From contig CBDBLV010000005.1 in assembly GCA_965207225.1 (NCBI GenBank), forward strand, positions 544,001 to 608,000: a DNA stretch of 64,000 nt. The letters run 5' to 3'. Both the position numbers and the translations under genes were made by a program. Positions 48,189 through 56,800 of the stretch are shown here, one piece after another. The first letter of the stretch is position 1; each line of letters begins with the position of its first letter. The notes beneath the pieces are model-generated. The model was given only the letters and a program-made list of their open reading frames with translations, ran no database searches and was not told the DNA's origin. Source of the stretch: Dehalococcoidia bacterium (lineage in GTDB: Bacteria; Chloroflexota; Dehalococcoidia; Plut-88900).

Positions 48189-48616
48189 TCCAGCAACCTT
48201 TTGTTGGTGAATCGCTCGTACATCTCAACTATGAACCGCTTGGCGCTCAGGGAAAGGGGTCCGTTGGGCCGTGTCCCCACCCGGAATACCGGGTCGTCCA
48301 GCACGTAGCGGTAAGCCCGCTCTACCTCCAGCGTCTCCTTGCCGTAGGGGTCGGGCCTACCGGTGCGTCCCGCCCTCTTCATCAGTTCCCTCCGGTCCAC
48401 GTTGTAGATCTCGGCCAGCTTGCCGATGATGTTGGAACCGGGCCTCCGGCCCCCCCTTTCGATCTGGGACAGGTAGGAAGCCGAGATACCAGTGCGTTGC
48501 ATCACATCTCTCAGGCTCAGCTCCCCCCTCAGCCGCCGGAGCAGGGGCCCGATCTCCTCGTTGCCCCCTATCTCTCCGACGACTTCAGGTTCCCGCTTTT
48601 CTCCAGGTTCGTCCAT
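48185..48616 (-). CDS. XRE-family repressor (ImmR-like)
   Basis: LSLRDV..RTGISASYLSQIERG.R.P....KLAEIY; AGAGGAG RBS. Confidence 0.9.
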   Translation of the reverse strand: MDEPGEKREPEVVGEIGGNEEIGPLLRRLRGELSLRDVMQRTGISASYLSQIERGGRRPGSNIIGKLAEIYNVDRRELMKRAGRTGRPDPYGKETLEVERAYRYVLDDPVFRVGTRPNGPLSLSAKRFIVEMYERFTNKRLLE

Positions 48617-48692
48617 GCTGATTCTCCTCTGAGCCGCCCCATGAGCGGACGGTAATAGGTAAGGTACTCCTACTACCTTTCTGCGATATAAT

Positions 48693-48720
48693 TGTTACAT
48701 AGTTGTAACACTAATGTCAA
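48693..48720. promoter_or_regulatory. Palindromic operator overlapping a leftward promoter
   Basis: TGTTACA-TAGT-TGTAACA (48693-48710) lies next to a minus-strand TTGACA (48715-48720) in the AT-rich divergent region. Confidence 0.6.
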
Positions 48721-48895
48721 CACTTTTGAAACCGCAACCCTTTATAGCTTTTATTCCCTTGCTTGCATGCATTTGTTATTGTTACACTTGTGCTTATAGT
48801 GCATGTATTCTAATCCCTTCTACACAGCATGCGACAGGCATGGGCCCTTGAGCCTCCGAAGCGGCGGCCCTTGACCATCGAGAAAGACGAATTCA

Positions 48896-49069
48896 ATGAG
48901 CGGCAAGCGGAAGCAAGAACTCACAGCTCAGCAGGAGCGTAAACGTATCGATGGCCTGCGAGTCCTGGCTCGCATAATCGCACGCCACTATATCTCCAAC
49001 CCTCACAACTACCATAACGGGACAGACGCGGATGGGCTGGAGACGCCCCCCCAGGAGGACAAAGTATGA
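48896..49069 (+). CDS. 57-aa small protein (absent from the ORF track)
   Basis: MSGKRKQELTAQQERKRIDGLRVLARIIARHY...EDKV*; its stop overlaps the next ATG (ATGA). Confidence 0.65.
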   Translation: MSGKRKQELTAQQERKRIDGLRVLARIIARHYISNPHNYHNGTDADGLETPPQEDKV

Positions 49070-49305
49070 AGCGCAGGCGACCCTCATCTCGTGTAAGGCT
49101 CAATACACGCAGGGTCTGGGAGCTGCTCAACCGGCAGAACATGTCCCAGAGCGAGTTGGCGACCCAGGCCGGCACGTCGTCGAGTTACCTGTCCCAGCTC
49201 ATCTCAGGTACCCGACGGCCCTCCCCGTCTCTTCGCAGGCGGCTCATGGAGGCTCTCGACGTCTCCCGGTTCGACGATCTGTTCATCCTTGAGGTCACCG
49301 AGTGA
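49066..49305 (+). CDS. XRE/Cro-like HTH protein
   Basis: MSQSELA.QAGTSSSYLSQLISG.R.PS....RRL..AL....FDDLF; AGGAGG RBS. Confidence 0.88.
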   Translation: MKRRRPSSRVRLNTRRVWELLNRQNMSQSELATQAGTSSSYLSQLISGTRRPSPSLRRRLMEALDVSRFDDLFILEVTE

Positions 49306-49625
49306 GAAGTGGCTTTCTCCCTACCCACCTGATCATCGATGACGGCCTCATACCAGAGGACTTCACCGGGCGCACTGACATACTCAAGGAGGCCACCGTT
49401 CTCTCTTGGGAAGTACTGGTTGCCTGCCTGGGCGTCGAGCCACGCCATCTCCAGCGCTGGCGCAAGAGCACCAAGTCCTGTGGGGAAGGCCTTAGCGCTC
49501 TGATCCTGCTCGCCGTACGCATTCCGGGAGAGTCTATATCCTCATGGGCGTGGACGTATTGCCACCCACGGCGACGTACCGGCATCAGGACCATTAAGAG
49601 AGTTAGTGCAATGTGCGCTTCTTGA
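49302..49625 (+). CDS. HTH-like protein, possibly degenerate
   Basis: F..R...LKEAT.LSW..L..CLGVEPRHL.RWRK HTH-like segment; GTGA overlap with the previous gene. Confidence 0.5.
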   Translation: MRSGFLPTHLIIDDGLIPEDFTGRTDILKEATVLSWEVLVACLGVEPRHLQRWRKSTKSCGEGLSALILLAVRIPGESISSWAWTYCHPRRRTGIRTIKRVSAMCAS

Positions 49626-49789
49626 TCTGCCGTGCGCCATCCCGTAAGGACCGACTCCCCCTTCTTTGTCGTCCCTTACTTCCAAGCCACCTCGGTGCCG
49701 AATTCTAACACCCCCTGTTATTCCCATTCTGAGGCCGAGGGATGTGCATAACCCCCACTCTGCCAACTTCCAAAGGGTAAGCCCCTCGC

Positions 49790-49929
49790 CTCGCAAAATC
49801 CTGAATTCGGCTTCACTAATGGCTGTCAGAAATAAGTTCTGCTCTGGTTGCTCGGCAACTCATTGGAAAACCCTCAACTGGTGTGGAGTTCATGATTTCT
49901 GATACTTCGTTAGTATCTAAAATGATCAT
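49790..49929 (-). pseudogene. FitB/VapC PIN toxin pseudogene
   Basis: MIILDTNEVSEIM start at 49929, then a frameshift and in-frame TGA before VAEQPEQNLFLTAISEAEFR; similarity is lost afterwards. Confidence 0.75.
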
Positions 49930-49939
49930 CGTCTTGGCA

Positions 49940-50191
49940 TCAGTCGAATATCGGGGGTTCTGGCATGGGGTCCCTGGGAGGTATTCTCAATTCCACCCCT
50001 TCAAGCGGTGCAAAACGATTCCTAATGGCCTCGGCCAAGTTCCCTACCTTTGGTCTGTCTGAATAGAGGTTTATACGAAGAATGTCCCTTGCTGCTTGCT
50101 CCATTGAAGTGCCCTTTTCCGCCGCCCTGATTCTGAGTCTCTGCTTTAGGTCTTCATCTAAATTGCGTATCGTTATGCTTGCCATGCCCAA
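49940..50191 (-). CDS. FitA-like ribbon-helix-helix antitoxin
   Basis: MASITIRNLDEDLK.RLRIRAA..G.SME..AR.IL...NLA.AI..RFAPL; AAGGAGG RBS. Confidence 0.9.
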   Translation of the reverse strand: MGMASITIRNLDEDLKQRLRIRAAEKGTSMEQAARDILRINLYSDRPKVGNLAEAIRNRFAPLEGVELRIPPRDPMPEPPIFD

Positions 50192-50215
50192 GCCTCCTTG
50201 TGTCTAGTGTGCACA

Positions 50216-50252
50216 AATGTCGGCGTGATTGCATTGCAATCACGCCGACATT
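50216..50252. promoter_or_regulatory. Perfect 37-bp palindrome (FitA operator and/or terminator)
   Basis: AATGTCGGCGTGATTGCA-T-TGCAATCACGCCGACATT. Confidence 0.6.
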
Positions 50253-50288
50253 AAGCGGACCTTACTTCGAGGCTACGGTCACTAAAGG

Positions 50289-51449
50289 CTAGTTAAACCT
50301 GTACACCCTACCCGCGTTTTCACACACAATCTTCTTCCTTACATCTTCTGGCAGGTGTCCCAGCCCCTCTTCAATCGCCTTCCGACTGTCCGGGAAGACC
50401 CCATCCTGATGAGGATAGTCGGAACCCCACATGATGTTGTCCACCCCTATTCGCTCCACCTGGTCCAACGATACGTACTCCTGTTGGAACGTCGAATATC
50501 CCTGCCGTTGCCAGTACTCCGAGGGAGCATGTGGAAGGCCGATGTGGAATAGACGGTCCTTGTATTCGTTGTCAGTGCGTTCCAGCACGTATGGCAGCCA
50601 CCCGATACCACACTCCCCAAGAACGAAATTGAACCTCGGATTCTTCTCGCACGCACCCGAAAGCAGGATGCTCACCAGGAACTCTGCTCCGGAGAGCTGG
50701 AACAGGATGTATACGAGCCCCGTATCCACCCACTCGTAACGCTCGGCTTCTTCCGGGTCGACCTTTGCATGCTTTAACCCCAGGGTGTGAAAGGAGATCG
50801 GCATTTCACATTCTGCTGCGGTGCCCCAGAGCACGTCCCAGTCTTCGTGATAGATGGGCTTTCTCATCTGCGAAACGTTGAGTTCGGCCCCCCTGAGCCC
50901 TAGCTCTGCCGCTGTCCTCAGCTGTCTCGCCGAGACCTCGGGTTCGTGGCACGTAATGCATGCCAGGGCCGCCATCCTTTCCTCGTACCCCCTTGTTAGC
51001 CCCGCTACGTACTCGTTGTAGATATCGTAGGTTGCGGTGAGGGTGTCGGCCTCCGTGCCCGGCGTTACGTGCATTCCTCCCGCAATGCCGAGAATCCCGT
51101 AAATCACCTCCGCGTCAATGCCGTCTATATCCTGGTCCTTTATGCGCAGATCGGGGTCGACGGGATGGTATATGCCCTCAGATACACCATCGAAGAACCC
51201 GACCTCTGCCATGCGGTCCAGGTGAAGGGATTCACCTGGCGCGTATCCCTGTCCCGTTTTGACGCCTGCACTGTCGGAACCGACTGCACAGAATTCTTCC
51301 CCCTGCACAAACCAGTACTTGCCTCGATCAAGCGCCTCCACCTTTGGCATGCGGGACTTCAGGGCATCGGGCGCATTGGAGGTGAAAAGGTCGTGGGGAA
51401 GCCAGCGCAGGTCCAGATGAGTGTCCGCCGAGATGATTTCGTAGCCCAT
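50289..51449 (-). CDS. Amidohydrolase 2 family protein
   Basis: ISADTH, D.D.DGIDAEVIY, PISFH, ECGIGW.P, MWGSDYPH.D, NA.RVY. Confidence 0.9.
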   Translation of the reverse strand: MGYEIISADTHLDLRWLPHDLFTSNAPDALKSRMPKVEALDRGKYWFVQGEEFCAVGSDSAGVKTGQGYAPGESLHLDRMAEVGFFDGVSEGIYHPVDPDLRIKDQDIDGIDAEVIYGILGIAGGMHVTPGTEADTLTATYDIYNEYVAGLTRGYEERMAALACITCHEPEVSARQLRTAAELGLRGAELNVSQMRKPIYHEDWDVLWGTAAECEMPISFHTLGLKHAKVDPEEAERYEWVDTGLVYILFQLSGAEFLVSILLSGACEKNPRFNFVLGECGIGWLPYVLERTDNEYKDRLFHIGLPHAPSEYWQRQGYSTFQQEYVSLDQVERIGVDNIMWGSDYPHQDGVFPDSRKAIEEGLGHLPEDVRKKIVCENAGRVYRFN

Positions 51450-51527
51450 TGTCTCTCCCTCCGTGCAACTTCTGACCTGAGGTTGTCATTTCACGCGAAA
51501 TTCCGGATGGCGAAATATGTCAGGGCC

Positions 51528-52304
51528 TTAATGGAACTTGGGGTCTCTTTTTTCTCGAAACGCTGCTATAGCTTCGCTGTGCTCCGCCGTTCCCATGGCG
51601 CTCCTGAAAACCCCCGACTCTTGTAGATCTATTGCCTCGAAGTCCTCAGCTACGGAGTTGTCCCGCAGCATCCGCTTGGTCTCGGCTAGTTGCCAGATCG
51701 GCGCCTCAGCAATGCTTTGTGCCAGTTCGACCGCCCGCTCCACAACTTCCTCCTTGGGGTAGACCTCTAGGACCATCCCCATATCCTTGGCCTCTTGTCC
51801 CGTGAAGAAGCGCCCGGTGAACATCACCTCGTTAGCCCGCTCTAGTCCTATGAGCCTGGGAAGGGTGTGGGTACTCCCGAGCTCTGGTGTGAGCCCGAGC
51901 CTTACAAACCTGAACGAAAGCTTGGCATCTACCGCAGCAAGCCTGATATCGCAAAGCAGCGTGCATGTTATTCCCAGCCCGACCGCCACCCCATTTACAG
52001 CGGCTATGGTCGGCTTGGGCATCGAGCGAAGCGTCAGATACCATTGGTCTCGCTCATCACGAGAGTTGCTGTCAGGCGAGGAGAGCTGGTTCTCAAAGTT
52101 CGAGATGTCCGCACCCGAGCAGAACGCTCTGCCCGCCCCGGTGAGCACAACGGATCCCACGGAATCATCATCCTTCCACGCCTCCAACTGCTGCCGGACT
52201 TCCGCGCCCATCTCGGGGATCATGGCATTCAGCCGGTCAGGCCGGTTGAAGGTTATTATCCCCACCCGGCCTCGCTGCTCGGCGATGATGTACTCGTAGC
52301 TCAT
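51528..52304 (-). CDS. Enoyl-CoA hydratase/isomerase family protein
   Basis: NRPDRLNA, TGAGRAFCSGAD, AVNG.AVGLG, GLTPELG, AF.EKRDPKF. Confidence 0.92.
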   Translation of the reverse strand: MSYEYIIAEQRGRVGIITFNRPDRLNAMIPEMGAEVRQQLEAWKDDDSVGSVVLTGAGRAFCSGADISNFENQLSSPDSNSRDERDQWYLTLRSMPKPTIAAVNGVAVGLGITCTLLCDIRLAAVDAKLSFRFVRLGLTPELGSTHTLPRLIGLERANEVMFTGRFFTGQEAKDMGMVLEVYPKEEVVERAVELAQSIAEAPIWQLAETKRMLRDNSVAEDFEAIDLQESGVFRSAMGTAEHSEAIAAFREKRDPKFH

Positions 52305-52435
52305 TCAGTCGTCTCCCGGCATAAATTCTCCCGGATACCGGTGATCCAGGCTAGGACATTGATAGTTCTCGGTAGTATAAGGCAGGCGCGTACATTACGG
52401 GATATGATCTCTCTCGGTGCTCTCGGAATTCCCGA

Positions 52436-53671
52436 CTATCCTTCCGCACGGGCTAAACGCAACCGATGCAGAGGACTGTCATTGATCGGCAGATGCACAA
52501 CCGCAGCAAAAACTCCGAACCCGATTCCCGCCCACCACATAGCGTCATAAGAACCCGTTCGGTCATAGAGCACCCCGCCCATCCATACCCCAATAAAGCT
52601 CCCGACCTGGTGGCTCAGGAAGACGATCCCGAACAGAGTCGCCATGAACTTGAGCCCGAATATCTGCGCCACAATCCCCGTAGTCAGTGGCACGGTAGAC
52701 AACCAGAGCAATCCCATCGATGCGGCGAATAGATAAATGGTTAGTTCACTGGCTGGGGCCATAAGAAGGCCAAGAATGATTAGTGCCCGAGTAAAGTAGA
52801 TGGCGGATAGGCCTATCTTCTTCGAATATCGTTGCCCAAAAGCCCCCGACATGAGAGAACCCAGGATGTTAAACAGCCCGACTATCGAAAGAGCGTATGC
52901 TCCCGCCCGAGCCGGAAGCCCGAGGTCCGTCACATACGTCGGAAAATGTACCGTGATGAACGCAACGTGAAACCCGCAGACGAAGAAGCCCGCCGTAAGC
53001 AGCAGGTAACTCCGGTGGCTCGTCGCCTCACCCAGGGCATTGCCGAGACCCTGGTTGGATGCCGGCTCCCCCCTCGAGCCCGAACCTCCTCTGAGGCTGA
53101 ACGCCAGCGGAATCAACACCAACGAGACAAACGACATTATTATCAGGGAGTCGTACCAACCGTAGCTGTCAATGAGGGCCTGGTTGATGGGAGAAAACAC
53201 GACTTGCCCCAGCGACCCCGCCGCCGTCCCGAGCCCCAACGCCAGTGACCTCCGCTCAGGCCCGATTATGCGGGCCATCGCTGCCAGGACCAGCGAGAAT
53301 GAGCAGAAAGCTACCCCCACCCCCACCAGGACCCCTCCGGTCAGGTGCAAAGCCACCCCGCTCCCCGACATCGCCATCCCCGCCACCCCGACTGCGTAAA
53401 TCACAGCCCCCAGCGCTATCACCTTCGCTGTCCCGAACCGGTCCGCAATTGCCCCCGCCACCGGGACCCCGACACCCCACAAAAGGTTCTGGATCGCCAT
53501 CGCCAGCGAAAACGTCTCCCGGCTCCACCCATTCGCCACCGTCATGGGCTCCAGGTACAACCCGAAGCTCGCCCGGATCCCGAATCCTATCAGCGAAATC
53601 AGACACGCCGACGCTATGACCGCCGTTAAGGTAATCCGTCCGGGATGAATATCTACTCGCGGTTGGTCCAT
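52436..53671 (-). CDS. MFS transporter
   Basis: ~12 TM helices; G.IADRFG, GFFVCGFH, HQVGSF.G.W.GG.LYD.TGSY. Confidence 0.92.
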   Translation of the reverse strand: MDQPRVDIHPGRITLTAVIASACLISLIGFGIRASFGLYLEPMTVANGWSRETFSLAMAIQNLLWGVGVPVAGAIADRFGTAKVIALGAVIYAVGVAGMAMSGSGVALHLTGGVLVGVGVAFCSFSLVLAAMARIIGPERRSLALGLGTAAGSLGQVVFSPINQALIDSYGWYDSLIIMSFVSLVLIPLAFSLRGGSGSRGEPASNQGLGNALGEATSHRSYLLLTAGFFVCGFHVAFITVHFPTYVTDLGLPARAGAYALSIVGLFNILGSLMSGAFGQRYSKKIGLSAIYFTRALIILGLLMAPASELTIYLFAASMGLLWLSTVPLTTGIVAQIFGLKFMATLFGIVFLSHQVGSFIGVWMGGVLYDRTGSYDAMWWAGIGFGVFAAVVHLPINDSPLHRLRLARAEG

Positions 53672-53693
53672 TGTGGTTGTATAATCTACCCGA

Positions 53694-53768
53694 TCCCCGA
53701 TAGCTCAATGGTAGAGCGGGCGGCTGTTAACCGCTAGGCTGCAGGTTCGAGTCCTGCTCGGGGAGCCA
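53694..53768 (+). tRNA. tRNA-Asn(GTT)
   Basis: Acceptor TCCCCGA/TCGGGGA, anticodon loop CT-GTT-AA, GGTTCGAGTCC, encoded CCA; TATAAT at 53680-53685. Confidence 0.96.
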
Positions 53769-53781
53769 TCCACCCGACACA

Positions 53782-53819
53782 GAATCGCCCGCCGGGCCAA
53801 GGGGCCCGGCGGGCGATTC
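53782..53819. terminator. Hairpin between tRNA-Asn and the convergent adhesin gene
   Basis: GAATCGCCCGCCGGGCC-AAGG-GGCCCGGCGGGCGATTC, perfect 17-bp stem. Confidence 0.8.
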
Positions 53820-53842
53820 CTTACTTCCTATCTTCCGCTTTC

Positions 53843-56800
53843 CTAGCTGTCGAAGAACTCCTGGATGATCGTCACCACGTCCGTCAGGCTTAACTCGTCT
53901 GCGAAGTAGTCCTTCACGGCCTCCAGGGCCTCAGACCTCTCTATCGATCCGTTGCCATTCGCGTCGTACCTGCCGATCAGCGCCTGCGCCGCCACTGTGG
54001 AGGTGGTCACTCCCTCGGCGCTCTTCCCGGACCCGACCGCATCCGTGTAGGACGCCGTCGCCCGGAGGTAGCTGCCCAGGTCGCCCTGTCGGGGCACGTA
54101 CGTCGCCGAAGTGGCGTTGGCTATCGCCGTCCACCCCGACGTCCGGCTCGTGGACTTCTCCCACTGCCAGGTCACGTTTCTCACGCCGCCGTCCGGATCG
54201 CTCAGGCTTGCCGTCACGCTGCTCCCGACCCTCGGCGCCGACGTTGACAGGCTCACAACTCCGTCATCGTCCTGCGCCACGGCCGCGGCCGTGATTCCCT
54301 CGGCGCTCTTGCCCGACCCACCGGCGTCCGTGTAGCTCGCCGTCGCCCGGATGAAGCTCCCCTGGTTCGCCGCCGTAGCCGTGTAGCTGTTCGACGTGGC
54401 ACCCAGGATGATCACCCAGTTCGACGTACCGTTCGTCGACGTGGCCCACTGCCACGTCACGCCCGTCACGCCGCCGTCGGGGTCGGTCACCGTTGCCGTT
54501 ACCGTCTCCCCGACCTCCGGCCTTGTATTCGACAGGCTCACCGTGCCCGCACTGTCCGTCGCCGTGATCGTTACCGAGATCGTCGCCCTGTCCCCGGGCG
54601 TGTCCGTTGCCACGACCGTGACGCTGTACGACCCCTCTTGCAGGGTCACACCCGCCAGCGTTAGCAGCTGCCCGGTGGAGCTGTTGATCCCGAACGATGC
54701 GGCGTCCGTGCCTTCCAGGGTGTACGTCAGTGTGTCACTGGTATCCGCGTCTGTAGCGCCGAGGGGTTGGCCGATTGTCGTGCCCGCCCCGGCGTTTCTG
54801 GCCACGCTTCGGACCGCGCTCGTGCCCTCGGTGAACACGGGCAGGTTGTTGGGCGGTGCTGCTGTGGCCTCAATCGAGACCTGAATCCTGGCGATGTCCG
54901 TACCGTCGTCGGCTGCCACCGTCACCGTGTACGTTTCATCGACGGTTAGCGTGATCCCTGACTTCGTGACCAGTTGACCCGTGGTTGGGCGAATCTCGAA
55001 GAACGGAGCGTCTCGCCCTTCTAGGCGGTAGGTTATCGTATCGCCCGAATCGGCGTCCCTCGCGGTGATTGGAGCCCCTACGGGCGTACCCGGCTGCGCA
55101 CTCGCCCTCACGCTCCGCGTGGCGCTTGCACCCTCGCTGAACACCGGCAGGTTGTTCGCACCGGGCGCATTCGTCGACCCGTTGCCCGGATTCGACCAGT
55201 TGCTGGTGCCCTCGGCGTTCGTCGCCCTCACCTCCACGTCGTAGAACGTGTTCGGCGTCAGGCCAGTAATCGTCACTGTCCTTCCCGAAATGGTAGTGTT
55301 GGTGACCTCGGTCCAGGATGCCGAACCAGTCCGGTGCCGGTAGTCGTAGTCGGTGATGGGCGGGCCCGTGTTCCCCGGCTCTTCCCACGTCACCTGGACG
55401 CTTGTGCTCGATACCGCCGTCACCCTTGGCGCCGATGGCGTGTCCGGTGGTTCGGCGATGTCCGTCACGTTGATCGTAACGCTGACAGTGGCAGTCCCGC
55501 CCCTGGTGTCCGTCGCCTTGACAGTCACCGAGTGTCTCGACTTGTCCTCGTGGTTCAGGTCTGCGCTGGCCCGTATCTGCCCGCTGCCGGGATCGATGTC
55601 GAATGAAGCAGCGTCTGCGCCTTCAAGTGTATGCGTCACCGGGTCCAGGTCGGGGTCTACGGCAGTGACCGGGCTGCCAATCGGGTCTCCGGCTCGCTCG
55701 TTCTCGGCTATATCGAACGAGCGTGTACCACCGGAAAATATCGGTTTCTGGTTGGCCACGTCGGGGTTCGGTGATCCTGTCCCCGACCGCGACCAGTCGC
55801 CGGTGAGTTCGCCGTTGTTTGCCCGTACCTCAACTGCGTAGCGCGTACCCGGCGTCAGACCGGTGATGATCGCGCTCCTGTCCGCGCCATCGTGGGATAC
55901 ATTACCGGGGCAGTCCAGGCACCGCACGTCATAGTCTGTGATGGGAGGCCCACCGTTTGCAGGTTCGTCCCATGTAACTCGCACGCTGTCAGTGGAGCCG
56001 GCTATTCCCGTCACCCGAGGTGGAGCCGGCGCAGATGGACGTTCGTCCACGTCATCGACAATGATGGTCACCGACTTGGCGGCGACGCTGTTGTCTCTCC
56101 TCTGCCCGTCGTTAACCTTCACCGTCAACGAATAGCTGCTTCTCTCCTCGTAGTTGAGGGGGGCTCGCGTCCGTATCTGGCCCGAGGAGGAGACGATGGT
56201 GAACGAGGCGGCTCCTGGCCCCTCCAGACTGTAGGTCAGCCTGTTGCGGTCCGGGTCCGTTGCCTCCACCGCCCCACCTATGTTCTGCCCCGACCGCGTG
56301 TTTTCGTCCACCCTCAGCGTCACCAGGGACTCCGTGTTAGCGAAGACAGGCCGCTTATTGCTCTGACCGGTCGTGCCCCGGCCCACGGGCGACCAATTCC
56401 CGGCGTCGGCGGGGGAGGGGTCTGTTCCGTCGCCCTCTCCGTTCTTCGCCCGCACCTCAACTTCGTACTGGGTGCCTGGATCAAGGTTTGCAGCGGTAGC
56501 GGCATCACCCGGGTCAGACCGTATAGTAGTTATCTTGGCGCTTCTGTCCGTGTTGTTGGCTGCGGGGTTGGTGGTGGTGCCGTGGGGCCAATCTTGCCAT
56601 ACGATGTCTCCGACTTTGCGATACCGGATGTCGTAATCTGTGATGTCCGGCCCGGTGTTGCGCGGCTCACTCCAGGTCACTTCAAGACTCCAGCCAGAGT
56701 CCTTCGTGGCCGTGACCGTTGGCCGAGCCGGGGCGGATGGAGGTTCCAGAACATCCAGGATAGTGATCGGCACGTCTGGGGATAAGACACTGCCTCCGTC

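Larger units (their letters stand above)
45616..50252. mobile_element. tRNA-Gln-integrated element (right end uncertain)
   Basis: Integrase abuts the tRNA CCA; ImmA/ImmR-like pair, divergent HTH operon, TA remnant; loss of the host C-rich skew. Confidence 0.7.

Noticed and set aside
49835-49862. GCTCGGCA as attR (matches the tRNA-Gln 3' end)
   Set aside because: Only 8 bp, and FitB-like coding sequence continues on both sides, so it is likely chance.
45616-53693. One island spanning tRNA-Gln to tRNA-Asn
   Set aside because: No direct repeat links the two tRNAs, and the MFS gene returns to host-like C-rich skew; the right boundary cannot be fixed.
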